Shown: in pieces, positions 1 to 12,873 of the stretch | Layout of the letters: every line of letters starts with the position of its first letter | How positions within the stretch are numbered: the first letter of the stretch is position 1 | Source of the DNA: Camelus ferus | Lineage: Eukaryota | Length of the DNA: 64,000 nt | Assembly: GCF_009834535.1 (NCBI RefSeq) | Contig: NC_045696.1 | Location: 99,078,001-99,142,000, forward strand | Direction: 5' to 3' | The notes under the pieces: generated by a model | Databases searched by the model: none | Seen by the model: only the letters and a program-made list of their open reading frames with translations | Told to the model about the DNA's origin: nothing | Position numbers and translations under genes: made by a program

Positions 1-325
1 GCCAGGTGATTTTCGTGTATTCTTCCACAGAGTCTTTAGGAATACACAAGAAATACAACCAGCCACTGTAGCCCCTCCTGAAGCATCCGTTTTTCCTTCC
101 CTCCCTCTTATCTTTGCCTCGTACTTCATTGCCACAACAATGCCCTCATCTTCTCATTCATCTACTAACTTACTCCATGAGCCTCCATCTTTTCCTTTTT
201 CTTTCTCTGTCTGTGAAAAAGGTATTTTTTTTCAGGTTTAGGAACTATTTTTTGCAGACTCAAAGCTTTGTTCTTTCAGTCCCCCATTTCTCCCCCTGCA
301 TCTCCCTTGTCTACTTCTCTAGTTC

Positions 326-447
326 TGGAGCTAGCTATTTACATTTAAATGAGCTAAAATTAAAATCAGTTGCACTAGCAACATTACAAGTGCTCAGCAG
401 TCACACGTGGCTAGTGGCTATTGAATTGAACTGCTCGAATGCTGAAC
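326..447 (-). mobile_element. MER3/MER33-like hAT-Charlie MITE fragment
   Basis: cagttgcactagcaacattacaagtgctcagcagtcacacgtggctagtggcta resembles the reverse complement of the MER3 core as recalled. Confidence 0.75.
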
Positions 448-453
448 ATCATT

Positions 454-655
454 AGCAAATATTTTCTCCCATTCTTTAGGTTGGCTATCTTTTCGTTTTG
501 TCAATGGTTTCCTTTGCTGTGCAAAAGCTTTTAAGTCAAATTAAAAGCTCTTTGTTTACTTTTGCTTTTATTTCCTTTGCTTTAGGAAACTGATCCAAAA
601 AACTATTTCTGCAATTTATGTCAAAGAGTGTTCTGCCTACGTTTTCTTCTAGGAA
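454..655 (-). mobile_element. L1 ORF2 3' fragment
   Basis: gcaaatattttctcccattct...tttgctgtgcaaaagctttta...tatgtcaaagagtgttctgccta..ttttcttctagga is typical antisense L1 ORF2 sequence. Confidence 0.85.
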
Positions 656-784
656 TTTTCTATAGCTCACTTTTGATTTGTTTGTTTTGACCCTTGTATT
701 ACAGTAATTAAGTCCTTCCTCAAATGTCTGGAGAGTCTTAGCTCTTCATTCATATTTAAGAGTGAGTTACAAAGAGACTGATCA

Positions 785-1060
785 CAGGAAATCTAGAATA
801 CAGTTGCTGGAAAGACATTGCAGCTTCACTAAGCCACATTGTGACTTATCTCTGTCTTTATGACTCTACCTCTGTTTCTCATAGTTACATCAATACCCTC
901 CAAAAATGGTAGTATCAGCCTTGGATCTGTAGGATCATCTTGTTTGGTTCCCCATAGCTAAATGGCTCAATCTCCATGTCTCAATCTCATTTCTTGGGAG
1001 AATGAATCTAAATGGCCCAGTCAAGTCAGCTTTTGTGGTCAGTGCCCAAGAGGGATTTAG
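785..1060 (-). mobile_element. possible degenerate MLT1 (MaLR) LTR fragment
   Basis: ttcttgggagaatgaatctaaatggcccag and ctctacctctgtttctc resemble antisense old MLT1; weak. Confidence 0.35.
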
Positions 1061-1699
1061 CAGGTACAGGAGAAATATGCATGCCTCTGCTCAGACTTCC
1101 AGAGTTGGAAAAGTTCTTTTAGAAAAAGCATAGAAATCAGGAGAAAGTGATTAACTTCTCTAACACAGCAACAGAAATACTCCAGATAGTATGTAGAACA
1201 CACTAGCCAGCTAGATGAGTTAGCCCAGTCTACAATGGCTGGTGTATGTTCCGAGATCTGCATGAACCATGACTCAAAGTTTGTTGAAATTGTTTTAATT
1301 TTAGTTTACTACTGATCCAGTAAACAAGGAACGCAAAGGACAGTCATCGGATTAAAGACACAATTCAGTAGACTGAGATCCCACTGCCTTCCTGGATCCT
1401 CAAAGTTTTGTCCAAATTTCAACAGGCTTTGCAGCAGCCATAGAATGGGGAACCAGATTAGCAAATCCTAGAACCTCAGGCTCAATTTCTTTGTCTGTTA
1501 GTTTGTTTTGGAGAGGCTGGAAGAGAAGCATATCAGCACTCAGGGGCTTCCCTTATTATTAGGGAAGAAAAAAATGAATGTGCTTAACTTCTGTTTTGCA
1601 TAATATATTCCATATTATCATTAGGCCTACTGGAACTATCATTGCATCATAATATATAATATAAATGAGTGAAAATGAGTAAAGAGACTACATAGAACA

Positions 1700-2025
1700 A
1701 AGTGTATATAATAAGGCAAAAACATTGATAAATGGTAACAGACACCCCACCTCTGCATAGACCAAAAAACTAGGGTTGGGGAGATTGTAATCTACAGGGA
1801 AAGAAACTGCTGTTCAGTTTCTGATGACTATATTCCTGCAAAAAGATGTTTGGTTTTTTTTTTTTAATTTTTTGGTTTTCTAGAAGACATCAGAAATCAG
1901 ATTTCTAAGTGACATTTCTAGATTTTGAAACGTTGGCAATTATCAAGATTATTTACAACACTGTTTTGGTCAAACATACGTACTGATAGAATCAGACCTG
2001 CAAACAGCTACTTTGTGAACCTGCC
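1700..2025. mobile_element. old hAT-Charlie non-autonomous element (Charlie18a-like)
   Basis: cagaaatcagatttctaagtgacatttctagattttgaaacgttggcaatt...acactgttttggtcaaaca...ctactttgtgaacc resembles an hAT-Charlie terminal region. Confidence 0.5.
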
Positions 2026-2214
2026 TCTCCCCATACCTCAACATACGTCCACAAATACAGACACCTCATGCAAATGAGTGTGGATTCCAATCACTCCTTC
2101 AGGCCAAAATCCAAGACAATCAAGAATGACGAATTAAACCTCATATACCAACTTTCCACAAAAATCACAACATGTTTGAATAGGAAAAAATATCAGAATT
2201 CAATGACCACAACT

Positions 2215-2300
2215 TCATTTTTTTATAGATTTTTTATAGATAAGACAGCTTAGGTTTAAAGAGTTTTAACAACTTCTTCAAAGTCTTAAAGATAGTAAAA
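2215..2300 (-). mobile_element. MIR fragment
   Basis: ttttatagataagacagcttaggtttaaagag...aaagtcttaaagatagtaa resembles the antisense MIR core. Confidence 0.5.
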
Positions 2301-4209
2301 TCTATGTATATAATTATTTTGGGATTTTCTTTGAAGGGTGGTAAGATTCCTTGAATCCTAAGATATAGTTCATGGCAAGGTATCCTATCTCCACAGGTTT
2401 TCTAGCTAATTCTTATTTTAGTCTGAACCATCCTTTATCAAAAAGCTTTATTTAAATTCCTTTCACAAAACCAACTAGTGATTGCAATGTGCCATCTAAA
2501 AGGTTTTAGGTAACTAAAACATAGCACAAGAGTGTGATTATACCAGAGCAGATCATATCAACATTGGTCTTTATGCTCTGTGGACAAGGTACTCCACCTT
2601 TATCCACCCACTTTATACATGGAACTGGTAAAATGCTATGTTTATTTCAGTGTGCATTTGCCCAGGTACTTTTCAGACTCCAACTGTGGTTCTTGTGCCT
2701 GGATTTTTTTTTTTTTTTTTTTTTTTTAGCTCTTTTGACTTCACACATTGAAATTTATGGTGCATTTCACAGTGCTCCCTGCTGTGGGCCTCATCAGGTC
2801 CTGGCTGCCAGGCCACTAGGAAACAAGAAATGAATGCTGGAACACCCTGTGGCTGTTCTTAACTAAAGAACTGCAAACATGACCAAAGTTCCCTGCAAAT
2901 CCTCCTAGATTGTCAGAAGAAAAATGGCAACAAGCTGCAGCCATTCAATGAAGCAATATTTTCCTTATTACTTGCAAAGTCTTTTATTTAGCCTCAACAG
3001 TATCATATTTGAAATGATTTTATGACTGGGGGCAATACTTGGGTAGCCATCTGTTCACTCCGATTAGCTGTCATATGAGTAGAGTGTTTTTAGTCAATGT
3101 TTTCAAATTACTTTAAAATACCCCCTAATTCAATATTTGCTCATGACATTACTGAGGAATATTTTCCTGTTTTAATCCCAAACAAAAAGTTAGCTTTTCC
3201 AATAATCTTATATGATCTCCAGAGTCACTGGTGCACATGGGTCCATTCTGACTTTTTTTTTTTTTAAGAAAGAAAAGAAAAAAGTAAGGTGGCCAAAATA
3301 GAGAGAAGGAGTTGTTGTACCAGAGCTTTCTTTGCACGTGTGATTTTAAAAGTAAATCTTTAATTTGGAGATTTCTGCCGACCCACCATTGCAAGCCCCT
3401 TCGGGGCAATGATCTATCAAGCTCTGAATGTCTCTAAACTCTTTGTGCCGGATTCCACATCGATCACATTCACACTTGCTGCACTTTAAACCAGAGAGCC
3501 AAGAAACAATAATTTCAATTAAGAAACCAGAAGAAGACTTGAGGATTTGATTTATGGTGCATGACTAATTATCAAATAGCTGGCCTAATGAAAATTAAGC
3601 TGCTGGTTACTATAAAAATTTAACTTCATTTTCTTGAAGAGATACTGATATGATCCAGAATGTAATTTATTGAAGTAGTATGATGCATTTTAAAACTCAT
3701 AGACATGTAAATGAGATCATTATCATTTTTAAGTGACAAGGCTAATTATTTACATTATGATGAATTTTATATTCAGAGTACATATACACCTGAAATAAAA
3801 GATTAGTTCTGCTTACAATAATGATTTCCACTCCCTTCTTATGCTACTGGAAGATCTAAAAACATTGCATATAAGAATTGGAGGCTCGTTTTCAAAAAAA
3901 GACAGTTCAAATTAATAGCTTTTTAATATTTTCTAAAAATTCCTCGGTGTAAATTATTCAGAATGAGTAAATGAATGAAAATTTAAAACCATATGAGATA
4001 TTATCAAGTGAGTGTGTCAGACCATATGTATATTTTTTATTAATTATATTTTTCCTATATTTGTAAATACAGATTTATAAATACAAATGCCTAAAATCAT
4101 AAATATGCTAGCATGCAGTTTACCTTTGTTCTGTAAATGAAACAATTTCATGCTACTTTATGTGTGATGTTCTTTGACATATTAACTTAGTCCTATTTAT
4201 AAACAGTCA

Positions 4210-4490
4210 ACTTTCCACTCTATTTTTGCACTACTTCACCTCAAACGTTCTCCTGTGCAACCAATTGAACCATTCCTTGTTCCCTAAACATGACATTCAT
4301 TTCCTGCCAGTCTTCTTTCATTCATATAAGTTGATTTATAAATTTCCCCCAAATCTGCGTCTCCAAATTCTGCCATCTTTCAAGCCCAATCTTAGACGTC
4401 ACATCCTCCATGGAATGAACAAAAAGTTCCTCTCTATCCTTCCACCCTGTCCTGAAAGGATGTCTCCATTCTTTGAAATCCCACAGAATG
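4210..4490 (+). mobile_element. L2 3' fragment
   Basis: ccttgttccctaaacatg...catctttcaagcccaatcttagacgtcacatcctcc matches the L2 3' region pattern. Confidence 0.55.
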
Positions 4491-4510
4491 TGTGTGGTCG
4501 GCAGCCAGAC

Positions 4511-4806
4511 CAGTGGTTCTCAATCTTGGCTACTATGATGAAGACTTGCAATGTCTTATTTTTGATTTGCATGTTGAATAATGGGTGTTTTCAGTTCACA
4601 AAAACTTATCAAACCGTATATTTATATGCACTCTTCTAAATGCATGTATTATACTCCCATAAGAAACATTTAAAAATACATCAGTGCTGTGACTCCATTC
4701 CAAACCAATTAAATCAGAATTTCTGAGGATGGAGTTTTGGGCATTGGTATTTTTTTTAAAGGTCCCCAGATGACTCTAATATTCAGGCAGCTGTTCAGAA
4801 CCAGTG
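4511..4806. mobile_element. MER5-type hAT-Charlie MITE interrupted by an L1M 3' end
   Basis: Left end cagtggttctcaa, right part ccaattaaatcagaatttctgagg...ccagatgactctaat...cagaaccagtg; 4540-4678 is L1M-like. Confidence 0.7.
4540..4678 (+). mobile_element. old L1M 3' terminus
   Basis: aatgtcttatttttgatttg...cagttcacaaaaacttatcaaaccgtatatttatatgcactcttct...tgtattatactcccataag then A-rich. Confidence 0.65.
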
Positions 4807-5584
4807 ACCCAGCTGGTGTCTTGAGAAGTTTTTCTTCCTTTCTATAGGGATAATTACCACCGAGATGACCAAATGTGAATGGACAACTAAAAGTATAGAA
4901 CTCCTAGACAAATACATTCTTCCAAAGAGTTTTGTTTGACCGTTTGTGGGTAATGTGCTTATGATTCAGAGTCGATAAGCTGTTCTTGAGAACGCTAGTT
5001 TTTGAAATGTGATCATTTCAATAGGGTTGATATTATTGTGGTATTTTGTAATATTGCATTTCTTACTATAGCTGTATAAAAATAACATTCTTCCCTTCTG
5101 ATTGTGCACCTCTTGAGAGCAGGAGCTGTTTCACTTTTTTCAACAAATAACACTATTGGCAAACTATTAAAAGGAAAAGTGAGAAGAAGAAAGAAAGTCA
5201 GAGTAGGGAGAGAAAGAGACTAATTTTGTGTCTATGCTTAACTATGACATTTAGGATGGCAAAAAATATTAGAAACAATCTTCTTATTGCTTAAATCATG
5301 ATATATAGGTGATCAGAAAATCTTTTTTGAAATAGTTGTCTTTGGTGAAACTTATTTTTGGCTATCCTCCATACTGCCCCTAAATTTGTTCATACAGATA
5401 CTAATTAATACATTTTCACTGGAATAAAGCATCTCAATGACAATCTTCCAATATATTTGCATTCCATCCTGTGTCCAGAGCTGTCTTTCTAAAGTACAAA
5501 TCTAATTGAGCCTCTACATTATTTCAGAATCTTTAACACATACCCATCCTCTTGCTACTCAAATTGAGGTTTGGGGGAAAGCAG

Positions 5585-5705
5585 GATGGCTAAGAGCCTC
5601 TCAGGAAGCCCAAGGGCCCTACTCCAGAACCACTAAATCAAAATCTGCATTTTAATAAAATTTCCAAAGTGAATTGTGTGCACACGGATGTTTGAGAAGC
5701 TCTAA
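5585..5705. mobile_element. MER5A1-like MITE fragment
   Basis: gggccctactccagaaccactaaatcaaaatctgcattttaataaa...gtgaattgtgtgcacac..tgtttgagaagc. Confidence 0.65.
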
Positions 5706-5929
5706 TCTAAAGACTAGTAAACCCAAGTCCCTCATCATCTGGCTCTCATCTTCCTCTTCCAGCTTTATTTCCAGCCAATCCTTCATATCCCAGCTGTGTC
5801 GCTCGCCATGCTGGCTGACAGAACAAGCAAGCATTTTCTTGTGTGTACACATGTTGTTTGTTCTGTCTTTGCTGTGTTTCCACACGTATACCTGGTGATT
5901 TACCTGGTGAATTTCTCAATTCAGCTGAT

Positions 5930-6160
5930 TCTTGTCTCCTTTGAAGCAAGACCCTCCCTGACTCCTCAGGTGGAGTTAGAGTCTTTTTCTTCTTGCTTAC
6001 AAGGCTCTAATTGAAGAGTTATCAAATTGTAGTGTAAATAGTGCTTGCCTGTCTGCTTTTCTTTAGACTGTGGACTCCTTGAGAGCAGAAGATGCCTCTT
6101 GTTATCTAGCAATATTTTAGACATGAAGAAATTAAGTCAACAAATGCTTTATGAGTGATG
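5930..6160 (+). mobile_element. L2 3' end fragment
   Basis: ttagactgtggactccttgagagcagaagatgcctcttgtt...caacaaatgctttatgagtgatgga. Confidence 0.55.
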
Positions 6161-6539
6161 GACAAAAGGCCTGGATAAGATCATTCCTGAAGACAAAGGG
6201 CTGCAAAATGTTCCTTTCACAAGGGTGTACTTGAAAGCCACACACTTAAAAGTACTTTATTGTGATCATTTATTGATTCCTCTATTCATAGTGGAACAAG
6301 ACTTCCACCGAATTATAGAATTAGGAGTGGCTTGGGACATAATCTAACCAACTACTCATTCTCTTTCAAAGAAGATGACCCAAGGTGACTAACCTATAAC
6401 CAGAGAAACAGATCTTTTTACTTCCTTTCTATCTTCTGGTATCTGTTTTGTACAGAAACTTGCTGCTCAATAAATGATTTCTAAATAAGAAGTTGAACTA
6501 ATTAGCATTTTTAGTATTACTTTCAAAGTCAACTCTCAT

Positions 6540-6646
6540 TGACCTATATAAAGTAAGGTATGAGAAAGCATTTAGCACAGTGTTAGCCTAAAGGGAGTGA
6601 TTAATAATAATAATAATATATATAATTATACACACACACACACACA
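6540..6646 (+). repeat. MIR 3' end followed by (TAA)n and (CA)n microsatellites
   Basis: aaagcatttagcacagtg then taataataataataat and cacacacacacacaca. Confidence 0.6.
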
Positions 6647-7434
6647 TCCTCTTTCTCCCACAGCTCTCTTCTCTTTAACTTAAATCTTCATGCCACAATT
6701 AAATTCCCATTGTCTCTGTTCAATGCTTAGGGAAGTAAAAAATTAGAAATCTAAAATTAATCACTAAACTTCATTTCAAAGATAACAGAAGACAAACAAA
6801 AAATGTACTCATTTGTTTTATTTCCTTTGCCCAACTACTGATGAAAGTACCAACACTGAGCCTGTTGTTGCCATCACTGTTTTGTCGTTAAGAACACAGG
6901 AAGAGAACTTCTATAATACAGTGTTACATAATGTGTGCCTGAGGAAGGAAATCCTCAGCTAAGCTGTAGACTGTTGGTCTACATATCATCTACCCCCCAA
7001 ATTTCAACTTGCTGTATCTTGTGTTTTACTCTTGAAGGATTTCTTGATTCCTCCAAGAGAATGGATGGCAAGAGTTAATGCTTCAATGGCCTAACTGTAT
7101 AAGATCATTTGATCAGAGGTTTCCTGTCAGCATCACGCAAATCAATCCCAAAGAATCAAGTCCCTTCATGGCCAATGAGTAAGACTCAGATGACTATCAA
7201 TGGTACCACGAGGTAAAATAAGAACTGCCATATTGTTTTTATTACATAAGTCTCTAAAACTGTCTTTGAAAAGAATAGTATCATTTTATGGATCTCCTGG
7301 TTCTAATGCTGTTCTTTAACTTAAAGTTTAATGTCCTGAGTGAATTATTCCTCTCTTTGTTAATCACTTCCTAATAAAATAATAATATGTACACTATCAA
7401 ATGAGCCACAAACTGGGGAGGGCAGGGCACAACT

Positions 7435-8392
7435 GTGTGTGTTCAGATATAAAGAACTTCCAAAACTTAATAATAAGAAAACAAATAATTCTGGCCCCCA
7501 CCAAAAATGAACAAAAGGAACTTCATCAAACAAGATATATGAGTGGATAATAAGTATATTAAGAGATGTCAATGTTATTGGTTATTAGGGGAAAGCAAAT
7601 TAAAACTACAATAAGATACTACTACACATATACTAGAATGACAAAAATTTTAAAAACAAGCAAAAATAACTCGTGGCAACCTGACAATGCCAAGTACTCA
7701 TGAGGATGAGAAGCAACTGGAACACTAATACCTTGCTGGTGGGGATGCAAAATGGTACAGCTCTTTAGAAAATAGTGTGACGTTTTCTTAGAGCAAACAA
7801 CCCAATAATCTCATTCCTAAATGAGATAATTTATTCCCCCCACCAAAAAACCCTCAAAAATATATATCCACAGAAATACCTATATGGAAATCTTATAGTG
7901 GTTTTATTTAAGATATCTAAAACTTGGAGCCATGTCAAATATTCATCAACTGGTGAATGTTCAAACAAACTGTGGAATAGTCATACAATGAACTATTACT
8001 CAGCAGTAAAAGGGAACAAACCATTTATATATGCAACAACATGGAGGAATCTCAGAACAATAATGCTAAGTAGAATAAGCCAGAAACAAAGAGGCTACAT
8101 ACCGTATGATTGCATTTATATGGCATTCTGAATAAGGACAAAATATTGGGACAGAAATCAGATGAGGGGCTGGAGGTCAAGCAAAAGGACTGAGTACAGA
8201 GGAGCATGAGGGAAATTCTTTGGATGATGGAAATATCCTAGACCTCGATTGTGGTGGTGGTGGTGGTTACAAAAATACAATTATAGATAGAGATATAAAT
8301 ATAGCTGTAAGGGGATGTGTGATAAAAAGTATTAAAACATTTAATAAGGGAGAATTTTACTGCTTGCAATTTATACCTTAATAAACCTGACT
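7435..8392 (+). mobile_element. L1M (L1MB/L1MC-type) ORF2 end and 3'UTR
   Basis: tataaagaacttccaaaacttaataataagaaaacaa...ctattactcagcagtaaaaggg...ttataccttaataaacctgact. Confidence 0.9.
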
Positions 8393-8869
8393 CAGAAGGC
8401 TAACGATTAATCGTTACGTATTTGGAGCTTATATAGATGATGCTATCCTAGCAACAAATCACTTCATAGACTGAGTTCTGTACGAACTAGAACAGTTATT
8501 TTCATGTTTCCGTAAGTCATTTGGCTATCTGAATAAAAAAAATCACAAAAACTTCCCTATCTACATGGCATAACCCTGGAAGGAACCCAACGTCTTTCCT
8601 GTTTTTATAGACTATCACTGAAGGTCCAGTGCTACAAGAACAATGGAAGCTAAATGGACTCACAAACTAAAAAGCACCACCAAGAACTTACCCTATAGAA
8701 CTTGCCAAGAGAAGGCGGAACTGCTTGGCTACGCCTACCATCACCATAGTATAGTAAAATTAAATAATACTTCAATTACAATTATTAATAATGTAAAATT
8801 TCGAAAAACTTAATAATAATAACAACAGTGAAATGAGATGAATCAAGGAGGATCATTACAGTGGAGGCA

Positions 8870-9560
8870 GCTTCATTCCTCTCATCTAGAGCCAAATCAG
8901 AAGGATTCTAAGAGAATCTCTTAAAAACCTCTCAGAGGAATCTGAGATCTCACTTTCATTTGAATTTTTGTTTATAAGGTAGACTAGTGTAGCTGCCCTG
9001 GGTACCTGTTTAAAGAAAGAGAATTGGAGACATGTAGCAGAGCAGCTTGGACTCCCACTGGTTGACATGGCAGGGCTGTGTGATTTGCCAGCAGGTCACG
9101 TAGACTATAGAAGGCAACTGAGTTTGGACCATTTTGCTGTTCCTTCTGGAGATGGCTCCTTCTGGGTGAGGAAACCTCAGGGGCTAAAAAGGACAGGTGC
9201 ACTGCCTTGAGAAGAAGTTGAGAGAAGGCAATGGTCACACTAGAACAATCCTTCAAGTTTAGAAACTGTTCAGTAGGGGGAACTCCTGCATGACATCCAA
9301 GTAAATTCATCCATCAGCATCCTGAAAGTATCCAAAACCAAGAGAGGACAGCTGAGTAAAGAGCTCTTTGCTTCTTTTCTGCATCCCACCTCCTCACCAC
9401 TGCCACAAGGGGGAGAAAGGAAAATAGAATGGAAGAATAGATTCCGTCTTCTTCACAGGTGCACCTCCCTCAAGCCAAGAGCTAGTCTGATAGTACGAGA
9501 GAGTAAATCCTGAAATGAATTTGAAATCTAAATTTTACATTAGACTAGACTGGGTCAAAC
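8870..9560. mobile_element. probable ancient LTR fragment (MamGypLTR/ERVL-like, family uncertain)
   Basis: Purine-rich, higher-GC block with LTR-like texture; recall-level resemblance only. Confidence 0.3.
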
Positions 9561-9744
9561 TTTGGAAAACTGAAAAGTAACTGGAAAGCTATGAGTTCAG
9601 TCTGAGAGGTTTTAAAAAAACAAAAAACAGGAAAGTCAAAATTTTAAAAGCATTTTTTTATTATTAATGTTATTATTATTTATTATATTAAAAATCCATC
9701 CTATCCAGCTGAGGCAATTCTCATTGAGAAAAAATTTATGAGCT

Positions 9745-10090
9745 CCAAAGAATGAGTGTCAGTTGGTGGAAGTACAATCCTGAGGACAATAGTGGAAGAC
9801 TCAAGAGAAAGGCCATGTCACAAAGAATTTTGATGGCACAAAGGACAATACTGTGCAAATTAACACGGACATCAACAATTCTGAGCCAAAAAGTGATCCA
9901 GTAGTCTACATTTCTCAAATGTAAAGAAATTTTAAGAATACCTTAATCAATTTCTTGCACTTTTATTTTTCTGTTTATGAAAGCACAAAAATAATATATT
10001 TTTAAAACTATGAGTAAATACATCTAAAAGAGCTCTTTACATAAGTTTAAAATAAAAAATAAGGAATAATAAATCACTGTCATCATTTAA
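9745..10090 (+). mobile_element. TcMar-Tc2 (Kanga-like) DNA transposon 3' fragment
   Basis: tttgatggcacaaaggacaat (FDGTKDN, cf. pogo-type LDGTEDD), aacacggacatcaacaattctgagccaaaaagtgat and ctaaaagagctcttt. Confidence 0.6.
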
Positions 10091-10249
10091 TTTAATTAAC
10101 CATTTAATTAATACCAAACATATTTGGTAATGGTTTGTCCTCTCATTGGTGGCCTATTAGGCTTAATAAAGTAAATTCTGGGATGTGAACGTAAGTATTG
10201 TATACAACTTCTGAGCCTCAATCTTAAAAAGGAAGCTGATAATCCTCCA

Positions 10250-10540
10250 CTTTTACCCCATTCTTGTATTCCCTTTCCAGGGTACTGGTGTGTGGCACTG
10301 GCCAGCTCCGGCCAAGCAGATGAGGGTAACACTTCATGGAATAGCAGACCAATAATATAGAGGGAAGCTGGGTCCTCAAATAACACCATAGAACAAAGCC
10401 ACCAACGTATTCTAAGCATCTTGCCATCTCTAGACTGTTATATAAGAGGGGAAAAACCTCTACCATATTAAGTCAGATATTTCTATCATATTAAGACAGA
10501 CTATTTGTTACAGCAACTTAACCTATGCACTAGCTATTGC
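10250..10540 (+). mobile_element. MLT1 (J/K-type) MaLR LTR fragment
   Basis: gaagctgggtcctc...ctctagactgttatataagagggg...ctatttgttacagcaacttaacc. Confidence 0.65.
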
Positions 10541-10558
10541 AATCATAGCACTTAAAAG

Positions 10559-10561
<3 letters not shown>

Positions 10562-10617
<56 letters not shown>
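10562..10617. repeat. (AT)~20 microsatellite fused to T15
   Basis: Directly visible. Confidence 0.98.
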
Positions 10618-10619
10618 AC

Positions 10620-10815
10620 TATATATTAGACAGTGTATTTATTGTGACTTATTTATCACAGAAACCCTAAAGGAAGATACCATTGTTATCCCCACTTTTA
10701 GAGATTAAAAAATGGACACTTTAGAGGTTGGGTAATGGCCCAAAGTCATATGTAAATGGGGGAATTGAGATTTTTCCACCCATAGGCTGACTTTAGAACC
10801 CCTGTTCTTCTTCAC
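10620..10815 (-). mobile_element. MIR
   Basis: ccattgttatccccactttagagattaaaaaatgg...ggcccaaagtcata. Confidence 0.75.
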
Positions 10816-11221
10816 TGTGATAGTACTGCTCTTAACACAGGGCCATGAAGCATATTACACTAGTGCAAAAGTTTGATGTGGTGTGTTCACACATTTGCAA
10901 GCCTACAGACCAACATGTAAGAAACTTGCATCCAAATAATGTACAGATCACCATAATTTTGACCTAATGTAATCACAATATTGAATGTTTAAGCTTAAGA
11001 AATAATTCAAAATATATGTACAGATGCAATATTATCCATAACTGACAAAAATTGAAAAACAGTTTCCACTAGTAGGAAAGCTGTTAAAGAAAATTAAGCA
11101 ACACAAGGATCAATGAAATCTTTTGAAGAAAATAGAAGCATAATTATAAACATTATACTGATCTTTCAACGTTTATAATATAATGCTAAGTGGAAACAGC
11201 AGGCAACAAGAAATAGGGGAA

Positions 11222-11470
11222 AATGTCTAACATTTATTAAGCACCTACCATGTGCCAGACACAAAATATTTTATACAAGTATTTATTTAATCATTACCCT
11301 AACAATGAATAAAGAGAGTGATAAGCCTTTCCCCTATCCCATTTTCCAGATGAAGGAGCTGAAGTTCAGAGAGTGAAAGGTTTTGCTTAAGATCATGTAG
11401 CAAACAGTACAGGAATTTTCATCTAGGGCTATGTCTCACTAAAGAATTTTATTTTCCAATTACCCCATAC
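11222..11470 (-). mobile_element. MIR
   Basis: aacatttattaagcacctaccatgtgccagac...cccattttccagatgaaggagctgaagttcagagag. Confidence 0.85.
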
Positions 11471-11869
11471 TACTCAAAATGGACTACATATTTTGATTAC
11501 AATTACAGAAAAATATGATTATCAGTAGGGACATGAAATTTAAAAGACATGAAAAAATGAAAACAATATGCTGAGATGATAGGATTATTTTCATCTTTTT
11601 TGGCATTGTTTTCTAACTGGTCAAGAACATACCTGGTGTCCATAATTGCACACCATATATCCCCTTCACTTGCTAAGTATGTGTTACTCTTTCTTAAGGT
11701 ATAGAGAAGGAACATTACTTAAAGGGAGCACACAATAAATTTGGGGATGGATGGTTTTTGGAAGACACTGATGAAATGGTTCTTAAGTTATCTTTAGTGA
11801 AAAAAAAATCCATGTATGATAGAAAATGAATTTTGGAAGCCAGCACTATATAGCTTTCCTGTAAAATCA

Positions 11870-12752
11870 ACTGCTTCCCAGATTTACTCATGAGCTTTTC
11901 CAAACTTGATTCTTGTCCAGTATTGCCTTCCTCAGTGAAGAGCATCACCATATATCCAGCCATGCAAGTCATCTATAACACTTCTCTTTCTCCCATCCAC
12001 CAATCCATCACCAATTCCTCACAGTTTTACATTTTGAGATTCCCTAAATTTGTGCTCTTCTTTTTCCACCTCTCACCTGAACTACAACCGGTAACCTAAC
12101 TGATCAAGCCCATCCACTCTTTCAATCTGTTTTCTCCTGCAGCCAGAATAATTTTTTAAATGATAATCTTATCATTTCATGTCATGTTTAAAACACCTAT
12201 TAAGTATTTCTCATTGATCTCAAAATAAATCCAGGTCTACAAGGCCCCAAGGAATCTCCACTGGCAGCCTCATCTCAAGTTCTCTTAGTGGTCCAGCCAC
12301 CTGGGGTTTTTGGTCACATTTCTTAATTGTGTCACACTCTCTTGGAAAGCCTTTAGCAGATGACGTTCTCCCAACTGATTATGTGCTTCTATACCTTAAT
12401 CCAACCCCTCTCTTTGTTAACCTAACACCTAGTCATTCTTTATATCTCACTCCAAATGTCATTTCTATCAGGAAGTCATCCTTGAGCCTACATAATGTTG
12501 TCTTCTTATTTTCCACTCTTACAGTGTAACATGCAATTCCTTCTAGCACTTAAATAAATAAAAATAATAAATATAAACTATTTATTCATGTGATTATTTC
12601 ATTAACATCTAACTCTCCCAGGAAATGGTAGGCCCATGAAGGTGAGGACCTGGTCTGATTTTGTTCATGTTATACATCCAGAACCTAGCACAGGGCCTGA
12701 CAAATGGCAGACATTCAGTAAATACTTCTATCCAGTGGTTAAGTGAACTGAA
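11870..12752 (+). mobile_element. L2 3' region
   Basis: ccacatccaatc-like motif at ~11995, tgcagccagaataatttttt, ends cagaacctagcacagggcctgacaaatggcagacattcagtaaata...gtgaactgaat. Confidence 0.85.
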
Positions 12753-12873
12753 TAAAGGGTGGCACTGACGGTGACCTAATGACCATGGTAGAACGTGAAA
12801 TACCTTTGTTCTCAGCTTCTTTGGGTCCAAACGCATAAGGTCAAGGTACGTTCTACATAAAAACTGTAAGTCA

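Noticed and set aside
7039..7211. Plus-strand exon candidate (ttactcttgaag ... gag|gtaaaa)
   Set aside because: Early stops in all frames and mediocre splice sites
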